DNA from: Minisyncoccia bacterium
GTDB lineage: Bacteria > Patescibacteriota > Minisyncoccia > Phycocordibacterales > UBA9973
Length of the DNA: 64,000 bases
NCBI GenBank assembly: GCA_965656375.1
Contig: CBFHKH010000001.1
Span: 132,691-196,690 of the forward strand
Reading direction: 5' to 3'
Shown: piece after piece, positions 56,678-64,000 of the stretch
Layout of the letters: every line of letters starts with the position of its first letter
Position numbering within the stretch: the stretch's first letter is position 1
The notes under the pieces: generated by a model
The model's database searches: none
Told to the model about the DNA's origin: nothing
The model's input: only the letters and a program-made list of their open reading frames with translations
Translations under genes and position numbers: made by a program

Positions 56678-58364
56678 AATCAATCACAATCGAATAAAAA
56701 GAGATATCGATCCGGATGAGATATTTCTCGATTCACAAAACTTGCCCGACTTCAACACTCAGCAATTTGAAGGTCGTCTCGAGAAACCAATCCCTAAGCG
56801 TTCTATTTACATTTTGTCCATCTTTTTTCTTGTGGTAGCGATGTCATTTATGTGGAAGGTTGGAGTCCTTCAAGTTGCGAAAGGGGAAGCATATTCCAAA
56901 AAGAGTGAAAACAATACTCTCAACAAACAGCCAATATTTGCAGATAGAGGGTTGATTTATGATCGCAATGAAACTATGCTTGCATGGAATACATGGGAAA
57001 AAACTGATGAAAATAGATTCCAGGCACCAAAGCGTTCGTATATTGCCAAACCTGGCTTCGGATTACTTCTCGGCTATGTCAGCGCGCCAGCAAAAGATTC
57101 ATCGGGTAATTATTGGCAAGATACATTTATCGGCAAAGATGGAATTGAGAAAGCATACAATACAAGCCTCACTGGAGCTAACGGTGTTCGTATTACCGAA
57201 ACAGATGTTTTAGGCGCAGTCCAGTCGGAGAATACCGTTTCTCAACCAAAAGCAGGAGACAATATAACTCTCTCAATCGACGCCAAGATCCAAGAACAAA
57301 TGTATAAGTCCATCGTAGCAATGGCAAACAGTGTATCATTCTCTGGTGGTGCGGGCGCACTTATGGATATCAAGACAGGTGAACTCCTTGCCCTTACGAG
57401 CTACCCAGAATATAACAATACAATCCTTTCTGACGGAAAAGATAAAAAAGTGATTAGCGGCTACTTCGATGACAAACGAAAAGTATTTCTCAATCGTGCA
57501 GTGTCTGGACTTTATACTCCGGGATCTATTGTAAAGCCGTTTGTCGGTTATGGCGCACTTGTAGAAGATGTAATCAGTCCACTCAAGCAAATACTTTCAA
57601 ATGGTTCTATTTCTATTCCGAATCCATATTTCCCTGACAAGAAATCAGTATTTAAAGATCACGGAAGTTTCGGATATGTAGATATGCAAAAAGCTATTGC
57701 AGTTTCTTCTGACGTATATTTCTATGAAATTGGCGGTGGATTTGAAGATCAAAAAGGGCTTGGAGTTGCAAACATCGACAAATATATCCAAATGTTCGGT
57801 ATTGCGGATAAAACGGGCATTGATATTGGTGGAGAAAAAATTGGCGTCATACCTACTCCTGAATGGAAGGCAAAAACATTCAAAGGAGACATCTGGCGCG
57901 TCGGTGATACCTACAACACATCTATCGGGCAATATGGATTCCAGGTCACACCACTTCAAATGGTTCGTGCAGTTGCTGGTATTGCGGGGAATGGAGTTTT
58001 GCCTACACCGCATTTACGCCATGAAGATAGTGCATATGAAGCAAAAAAGACTACACTTTCACTTGATCTTGAAAAACTTGCTGTAATCAAAAGTGGAATG
58101 CGTCGCGCAGTCACCGAAGGTACTGCTACGGCACTTAATCTCTCATCTGTGAAAGTCGCTGCAAAATCAGGTACTGCTCAAGTTGGAGTTGGCAATACCA
58201 ATACCAACTCGTGGATCATTGGCTTCTTCCCATACGAGAATCCAAAATACAGTTTCGCCATACTCATGGAACGCGGACCAAAAGCAGCATCGGGTAACGC
58301 CACTCAGGTCATGAGGGAAGTTGTAGACTTCATGAGTGTGAATACTCCGGAGTATTTGAAATAG
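56667..58364 (+). CDS. Penicillin-binding protein 2/FtsI-type transpeptidase
   Basis: N-terminal TM. SxxK (GSIVKPF), SxN-like and KSGT motifs. Confidence 0.8.
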   Translation: MKFKINHNRIKRDIDPDEIFLDSQNLPDFNTQQFEGRLEKPIPKRSIYILSIFFLVVAMSFMWKVGVLQVAKGEAYSKKSENNTLNKQPIFADRGLIYDRNETMLAWNTWEKTDENRFQAPKRSYIAKPGFGLLLGYVSAPAKDSSGNYWQDTFIGKDGIEKAYNTSLTGANGVRITETDVLGAVQSENTVSQPKAGDNITLSIDAKIQEQMYKSIVAMANSVSFSGGAGALMDIKTGELLALTSYPEYNNTILSDGKDKKVISGYFDDKRKVFLNRAVSGLYTPGSIVKPFVGYGALVEDVISPLKQILSNGSISIPNPYFPDKKSVFKDHGSFGYVDMQKAIAVSSDVYFYEIGGGFEDQKGLGVANIDKYIQMFGIADKTGIDIGGEKIGVIPTPEWKAKTFKGDIWRVGDTYNTSIGQYGFQVTPLQMVRAVAGIAGNGVLPTPHLRHEDSAYEAKKTTLSLDLEKLAVIKSGMRRAVTEGTATALNLSSVKVAAKSGTAQVGVGNTNTNSWIIGFFPYENPKYSFAILMERGPKAASGNATQVMREVVDFMSVNTPEYLK

Positions 58365-58382
58365 GATCAAAAACACAAAAAT

Positions 58383-58422
58383 AAATACCCGGCGTGTATT
58401 GCTTTATGCCGGGTATTTTTTG
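58383..58422. terminator. Bidirectional rho-independent terminator
   Basis: aatacccggc-N14-gccgggtatt followed by a T5 run. Confidence 0.5.
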
Positions 58423-58644
58423 CTACAATCCGTGATTTTCATCTTTGAGGATGTCAGGACCTGTTGCTTTTGCTTCTTCTTCATCAGAGTTTTTTTTCTT
58501 GACTGTGCTTTTCGTAAATTTCTCCTGCTCTTCTTTAGATAAATTATTAAAAGCTGTGGCAAAAGCGGGGTTGTTGCTCATGATTTTTTCTAATTCAGAA
58601 TTTTCCATAATTAATGTTTTAGTCGTTATGAAATGAGGTTTGTT

Positions 58645-59778
58645 CTAAGCTCTTAATCGCTCCTTGAATCTCCTGATTACGAAGCCTTTCATGATGCGAT
58701 CTGTTGAGATCTTTTCTCGTAAGGATTTAAGGTATAAATGAATATCCTTCGGAAGATGCATCCCCAAGTATGGGTTGCTGCCTTCTAAAAATGCGATCAC
58801 TCGATTGCTTTTTGCTTGTAAGAGTGGCATGTATCCTTCAATGAAGACTTTGTTTTTTTGTGGAGTGTACTGTTCGCCTAAGGATTTTTCAAAAATATGC
58901 TTGATGATTCCATTGTATTTCATCTTTAGTTCACTTGATTGCCGTTGCAAATCAGTGAGAAGACATTCGGCTATATATTTATCCCGGTATTTATCCCGAT
59001 ACTGATTAAGTTCGTAGAAATATTGGGTCTGGATCTTTTTCCAAGGAGTCCTTTCTATTACAGTCTTCAACTTATACTTCTTGTCTTTAAAGGTCATGTA
59101 TCTCTTATCTGCATTCGGTACATCTTTCAGGGATTTATTTTTCAAGAAAATAAAGTGCCCGATAATAGCATTGAGCATTCCGTCATTGAAGTTTTGGATG
59201 ACAATAGCATTAAATCTGACATTATCTTTTAGGTCTTTTTCATACCAGATATATCCTTTTTCCTTATTCATTTTCCCATGAAGTTTTTTAAGCTTCATCT
59301 CTTCTGTGTCGCATAAGAAATAATTATTTCGGATTTTAATGATAATTAGGCCATGATCTGTAAAAGTGCCAAAGTTCAAGCCGAGAAAAATCTGATACGC
59401 ATGTTTGCTGGCTTGTAGGTATGAACCTAAAAGGATAGCCCTCCCAAGACAATTGAAACCTATCGTTTCCTTATATTTCTCTCTTGTGGCAAGTCTAGGG
59501 GTAAATCCGCTTCCATAACGGATATGATATGTCGAGGTCCACATAACTGTACCTATATAGCTTTTTTCTACAAAACTCTCTATACGTTTGTTTCCATATC
59601 CTATTGCATTTTCTAAATAATCGCCTTCGAGGATATCACCCAAGGCAAGGATATATTTAGAAGTATGAAGGAAATCTCTCAGGATTTCATCGACGAGGCT
59701 TTTGACATCAAAAACCTCACTTTGTGTACGCTTCACTACGAACACTAATTTATTCATTGCATGAAGTAGTTTTTCCAT
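58645..59778 (-). CDS. Hypothetical protein (377 aa)
   Basis: Long ORF with coding-like composition and no recognised motif. Confidence 0.4.
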   Translation of the reverse strand: MEKLLHAMNKLVFVVKRTQSEVFDVKSLVDEILRDFLHTSKYILALGDILEGDYLENAIGYGNKRIESFVEKSYIGTVMWTSTYHIRYGSGFTPRLATREKYKETIGFNCLGRAILLGSYLQASKHAYQIFLGLNFGTFTDHGLIIIKIRNNYFLCDTEEMKLKKLHGKMNKEKGYIWYEKDLKDNVRFNAIVIQNFNDGMLNAIIGHFIFLKNKSLKDVPNADKRYMTFKDKKYKLKTVIERTPWKKIQTQYFYELNQYRDKYRDKYIAECLLTDLQRQSSELKMKYNGIIKHIFEKSLGEQYTPQKNKVFIEGYMPLLQAKSNRVIAFLEGSNPYLGMHLPKDIHLYLKSLREKISTDRIMKGFVIRRFKERLRA

Positions 59779-59902
59779 GAGTATGAAGTTTTTAATGAAA
59801 AGATAATTTAAAAATTGTTATCATAATAACATTTATATACACACGCGTCAAATAAGCTTTTTGTACGAGTCTTGTTTACTTTTGAGTATAGATTAATGGG
59901 AA

Positions 59903-59931
59903 ATACTTTGACAAATATGCTTATAACATAT
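59903..59931 (+). promoter_or_regulatory. Sigma-70-like promoter (TTGACA-N17-TATACT) abutting the greA start; possibly a leaderless transcript
   Basis: TTGACA at 59903-59908. TATACT at 59926-59931. ATG at 59937. Confidence 0.35.
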
Positions 59932-59936
59932 ATACT

Positions 59937-60410
59937 ATGCCGATTATGGATGAAATACATTACATTACAGAAGAAAAGAAACAATCATTAATCGAAGAAT
60001 TAAATCATTTAAAGACCGTAAAACGCAAGGAAATCCTTGAGGCGCTTGAAGCTGCAAAAGCACTCGGTGACCTGTCTGAAAATGCCGAATATCACCAGGC
60101 ACGCGAAGATCAAGGTAAAACTGAAGATCGTATCAATCAGATCGACTTCATGCTCCAAAATGCAGTTGTGGTGAAGAAGCATCATAGTACAAAAGTAGAG
60201 ATTGGTACGACTATCGATGTCAAAAAAGAAGGATCAAAGGAAATTGTTACCTACAGCATTGTCGGCGCTGAAGAAGCTGACATGGCTGCGAACAAAATCT
60301 CTAACAAGTCTCCACTCGGAGAAGCGCTTTTTGGTAAATCAAAAAATGATGTGGTGTCTATCACCACTCCAAAGGGGCTGGTCAAGTATACTATAGTTAA
60401 GATACAATAG
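59937..60410 (+). CDS. greA: Transcription elongation factor GreA
   Basis: An N-terminal coiled coil and a C-terminal FKBP-like domain (IVGAEEAD...SPLGEALFGK). Confidence 0.8.
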   Translation: MPIMDEIHYITEEKKQSLIEELNHLKTVKRKEILEALEAAKALGDLSENAEYHQAREDQGKTEDRINQIDFMLQNAVVVKKHHSTKVEIGTTIDVKKEGSKEIVTYSIVGAEEADMAANKISNKSPLGEALFGKSKNDVVSITTPKGLVKYTIVKIQ

Positions 60411-60541
60411 GAGGGACCCTCGTATTTGGCACATTTCGTCGTTGCGAATTCGTTTGCTCTCTCACTGTACGTGTGTACAGCTTGGTCGCAAGCCTCATTC
60501 GCGCCTCGAACTGTGCTCAAATCCGCTAGTCCCTAAATCAT

Positions 60542-62464
60542 ATGGCTTCACTCGAAGAATTACGAAACGCACGTGTCCAAAAAATTAAACTCTTACAAGA
60601 AGCAGGTATGGACCCATACCCGGCTTCTGTCCCGCGTGATTACTCAATAGAGTATGTTAAGCAATCTTTTGATACACTCGCTCCTACTTCAGAAGAAACG
60701 AATATCTCAATTGTAGGAAGAGTTATGGCAGTGCGTGGTCAAGGAGCAATACTCTTCATTGTGCTTCAAGACGGTACCAGTAGACTGCAAGCGGTCCTCA
60801 AAAAGGATTCTTTAGATGAAGATTCATTTAATCTTTTTGTAAATACGATTGATAATGGCGATTTTGTTTCTGTTACTGGCTCTTTATTTGTAACTGAGAG
60901 AGGGGAACAAAGTATCCTGATAAAGGAATGGATGATGGCTACCAAGGCTCTGCTTCCATTACCTGATAAATGGCATGGGCTCCAAAACATAGAAGAAACA
61001 TACAGAAAGAGATATTTAGATATTGTGATGGATAGCGAAGTGTACAAGAGATTTGCACTTCGATCTAACATTATAAAATCGATACGAACATTTTTTGATG
61101 CTAAGAATTTTCTTGAAATAGAAACTCCTATTTTGCAAAACCAAGCCGGTGGAGCCATGGCTGAGACATTCAACACCTACCATAATGATTACAGTATGGA
61201 TATGGTACTTCGCATCGCGCTTGAACTCGAACATAAAATGATCATGACAGGGGGATACGAACGAGTATATGAAATAGGCAAGAATTTTAGAAATGAAGGT
61301 TCAGACCCAACGCACTTACAAGAATTCACCATGATAGAGTGGTATGCCGCATATGAAACACTTGAGACAAATATGAAATGGACTGAAGAGCTCATCAAGT
61401 CTATTGCAGCTGATGTCATGGGAAAAAATACGTTCACTGTGTACGACAATGACGGTACTGCTGTCGATGTAGATATTAGCGTTGAGTGGCCTCGCATAAC
61501 ATTCGGAGAATTGCTACAAAAAGATGCAGGTATCAATATTGAAACTATAACGCTCCAAGAAGCACAGCGCGAAGCGCTCAAGTGGGGTATCGCAGAAGAT
61601 GAAGTCAAAAAATTAGGACGCGGTAATTTGCTTGATAAAATTTACAAGAAATCTTCTCGAAAAAAGATCATTAATCCTACATTTGTTACAGATTTTCCTG
61701 GAGACCTCAAGCCTCTCGCTCAGCAGAATCCAAATGGTACGGCAAAGGTATGCCAGCTTATCATCGCTGGGGCAGAAATCACAAATCAATATGCTGAACT
61801 CGTGAATCCGCTCATTCAACGGGAATTGCTCGTGTCGCAATCACTGGCAAAGGAAAATGGAGACGCTGAAGCAATGGATGTAAGTGAAACGTTCCTTACT
61901 GCTATGGAGCATGGAATGCCTCCGATGACTGGGTTTGGTATGGGTATTGATCGGCTCGTTTCAATATTTACTGAGCAAAAAAATCTACGTGATGTGATAT
62001 TTTTCCCCATAATGAGGCCCGAGAATTCAGTGGCACGTAAGAAGAAAGAAACAATGCTTGCGGTAGCAGTTCTAAATACAGGTGCTTCACTTCTTCCATG
62101 GCAGGAACTCAACACCATTGCGCATTTAAATGCTGCGTTTGGCGCACATGTAGGAAAGGAACTATTTACAAAAGATTTCGTTACTTCAAAGGATAATCAG
62201 AAGATAAAGCTCAATATACAAAACGCAATTGTTATTAAAAAGACGGCAGATGCAGAAGCGCTCCGCAGAGTTGTTCTTGATGCACAGAAGGGTGGACTGG
62301 AAGTAGATGAATTCACACGTGAAATGTTAGAGACTACGAACGACAAGAAAATCACTGAGATCACAGCAGCTAAGAATTTTGATGAAATTGAATATCTCGG
62401 AGTTTTGATATACGGCCCTAAAAATTCTGTTGAGGAAATTACATCTCAATTCGAACGGTACTAA
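60542..62464 (+). CDS. lysS: Class II lysyl-tRNA synthetase with a C-terminal extension of about 135 aa (DUF2000/PTH2-like)
   Basis: An OB anticodon-binding domain followed by class II motifs (FRNEG..., GMGIDRLV). The core ends near FFPIMRP. The extra tail contains LLPWQELNTIAHLNAAFGA. Confidence 0.85.
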   Translation: MASLEELRNARVQKIKLLQEAGMDPYPASVPRDYSIEYVKQSFDTLAPTSEETNISIVGRVMAVRGQGAILFIVLQDGTSRLQAVLKKDSLDEDSFNLFVNTIDNGDFVSVTGSLFVTERGEQSILIKEWMMATKALLPLPDKWHGLQNIEETYRKRYLDIVMDSEVYKRFALRSNIIKSIRTFFDAKNFLEIETPILQNQAGGAMAETFNTYHNDYSMDMVLRIALELEHKMIMTGGYERVYEIGKNFRNEGSDPTHLQEFTMIEWYAAYETLETNMKWTEELIKSIAADVMGKNTFTVYDNDGTAVDVDISVEWPRITFGELLQKDAGINIETITLQEAQREALKWGIAEDEVKKLGRGNLLDKIYKKSSRKKIINPTFVTDFPGDLKPLAQQNPNGTAKVCQLIIAGAEITNQYAELVNPLIQRELLVSQSLAKENGDAEAMDVSETFLTAMEHGMPPMTGFGMGIDRLVSIFTEQKNLRDVIFFPIMRPENSVARKKKETMLAVAVLNTGASLLPWQELNTIAHLNAAFGAHVGKELFTKDFVTSKDNQKIKLNIQNAIVIKKTADAEALRRVVLDAQKGGLEVDEFTREMLETTNDKKITEITAAKNFDEIEYLGVLIYGPKNSVEEITSQFERY

Positions 62465-63125
62465 TAAATTCCCTGAAATAAAAAAGATCTGCAGTTAGAC
62501 TGCAGATCTTTCCGTTAAAAACGATTATGAGGTACATACAAGTACATATACAAAGCTCGGGCTTTGCTTCTTAAAGCAAAGAAAGCAGTATTTGCTTTTT
62601 TCTTGAAAAGCCCGTTTCTTTTTTCTACGATTAAATACCGTATCAAATCTGGAAGGATCAAATTCCATTCTCGATCACTTATCTCAAGTAAGCTTTTTCT
62701 AATCGTTCCTAGCAGCCACACTGAGTACGTGACATCACTTTTCATAGATGTGATTTGTAAATGTAGATCAATTAAAAGAATAACGTTACATTTTTCGGTG
62801 GGCGCAAGTGAATGGGTATGCATCCAGGCCGGATTTGTGCTATATTTCTTTCTTTTAAAATTGCTTCATCCAGGTGATGTTTTGCAAAATGATAGTCAAG
62901 CTGATCTTTATTACTCTGAAGCTGGTTATTATTGTACGGCAAAAGTGTAAGTGCCTTATCGCTCAGTACAAAGACATACATAAAAGGAATTTTCATAATT
63001 GCAATTTTTTGATTTAAAATTTATTTTCTTTCTATTAGAATACCACACAACTAATTAAATTTCAAGTCAAGTAGCTTCTGCATTGTTCGTTATCCACAGT
63101 TTTCTGGGGGATTTTTGTTTGTATT

Positions 63126-63170
63126 GTGGGACAAAGTGGTTTATAATTAAGTTTAGTGGGATTAAGTGGG
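63126..63170 (+). promoter_or_regulatory. Putative MraZ operator: GTGGG(A) direct repeats phased at 10 bp upstream of mraZ
   Basis: GTGGG at 63126, GTGGT at 63136, GTGGG at 63156 and GTGGG at 63166. Confidence 0.5.
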
Positions 63171-63213
63171 AAAAATAAATTTAGGAATATAACCCTTATC
63201 ACACAAGATTATT

Positions 63214-63648
63214 ATGCTTATCGGCGAATTCACTCACACACTAGACGACAAGAACCGCATGTCATTGCCGGTGAAGTTTCGCAAAGAGATGGGGAAGAAG
63301 GTAGTAGTTGCTCCTGGGCTTGATAACTGCCTTTCTATATTTACCGTAAAGGAATGGGAGAAGATCACAAGCAAACTCTCTGACTCCTCGATGCTCGCAT
63401 CTGATAATCGTAGTTTCTCGAGATTTATGTTTGGTCAGGCAGTCGATGTAGATGTCGATGCAAACGGCCGAATATTGATCCCGGAAAATTTAAAAACTCG
63501 TTCAGGACTTTCTTCAAAAGTGATCGTCATCGGAGTGCAGAACCGCGCAGAAATCTGGAACGAGAAAGCATGGAATGACTACAAGCGTGTTGTAGACGGA
63601 CAGGCAGACGCCCTCGCAGATAAATTAGGGCAAATAGGAGTTCTTTAA
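63214..63648 (+). CDS. mraZ: Division/cell-wall cluster transcriptional regulator MraZ
   Basis: MLIGEFTHTLDDKNRMSLPVKFRK and a second DxxxR repeat. Confidence 0.85.
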   Translation: MLIGEFTHTLDDKNRMSLPVKFRKEMGKKVVVAPGLDNCLSIFTVKEWEKITSKLSDSSMLASDNRSFSRFMFGQAVDVDVDANGRILIPENLKTRSGLSSKVIVIGVQNRAEIWNEKAWNDYKRVVDGQADALADKLGQIGVL

Positions 63649-64000
63649 TATGACGCATATCCCTGTACTTCTCGATGAATCGATAGATGGCTTGGCTATC
63701 ACAGAGGGTAATATTGTAGTCGACGGCACACTAGGCGGCGGCGGACATACCCTTGAGATTATCAAAAGATTTGGCCCCTCTGTAAAAGTAGTTGGCCTCG
63801 ATCTTGATCGCGATGCTCTCGATCGGGCAGAAGCTCGTATTGGCGACTTACCTCATGATGCAGTCTTTGTGACAATCGGTTTTCAAGATATAGACCAGGC
63901 ACTTGATGAACTCAACATTCCACATGTCGATCGCATCCTCTTGGACCTTGGACTCTCGTCGTTTCAACTCGAAGTTGCAGGAAGAGGATTCTCTTTCCAG
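63649..64000 (+). CDS. rsmH: 16S rRNA (cytosine1402-N4)-methyltransferase RsmH, 5' portion (continues past the window end)
   Basis: MTHIPVLLDESIDGLAI...VVDGTLGGGGHT. The ATG overlaps the mraZ stop. Confidence 0.8.

Noticed and set aside
60411-60541. T-box riboswitch upstream of lysS.
   Set aside because: The spacer is only about 130 nt, which is too short for a T-box. No recognisable specifier-loop or T-box consensus (AATTAGGGTGGNACCGCG) was seen.

Overview
The window has two parts. Bases 1 to about 24.9 kb are a lower-GC mosaic of mobile-element and defense genes. It opens with a Gabija-like pair on the minus strand: an OLD-family ATPase/Toprim nuclease followed by the N-terminus of a UvrD-like helicase running off the left edge. 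Next come a small SSB, a large serine recombinase with a fused C-terminal XRE helix-turn-helix, and a NarL-type two-component system. The most interesting locus is a tightly packed plus-strand operon at 8770-12562. It encodes two DUF1863-type TIR-like proteins, a canonical TIR protein, a caspase-like peptidase and a WD40-TIR fusion, followed by a tRNA-binding protein, a methyltransferase-like protein and a proline-dehydrogenase-like protein. This looks like a Thoeris-like TIR signalling system with a caspase-like effector and an unusual set of TIR sensors. Further right are an IS3-family insertion sequence with inverted repeats and a frameshift heptamer, an ArdC/RadC/XRE module, a tyrosine recombinase, a CDP-alcohol phosphatidyltransferase with membrane cargo, an excisionase-like gene, and a second large serine recombinase whose open frame runs 98 nt into ychF. 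From about 24.9 kb onward the sequence looks like a CPR/Parcubacteria-style core genome: ychF, a SET-domain protein, sigma-70, PCD, tsaC, leuS, murJ, msbA-like, lepA, valS, tsaD, murE/D/C, ftsI, greA, lysS, mraZ and rsmH, with three tRNAs that lack an encoded CCA. Several things in the core are unusual. LeuRS carries an inserted NUDIX hydrolase domain. LysRS has a C-terminal extension of about 135 aa that looks DUF2000/PTH2-like. A YhbQ-type GIY-YIG gene is bracketed by a 15-nt direct repeat of the tRNA-Phe 5' end. A divergent SLOG-like/NYN RNase pair sits between tRNAs. GTGGG repeats phased at 10 bp lie upstream of mraZ, as expected for a MraZ operator. All calls rest on motif recognition in the translated ORFs and on visual inspection of the DNA. 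No database searches were run.
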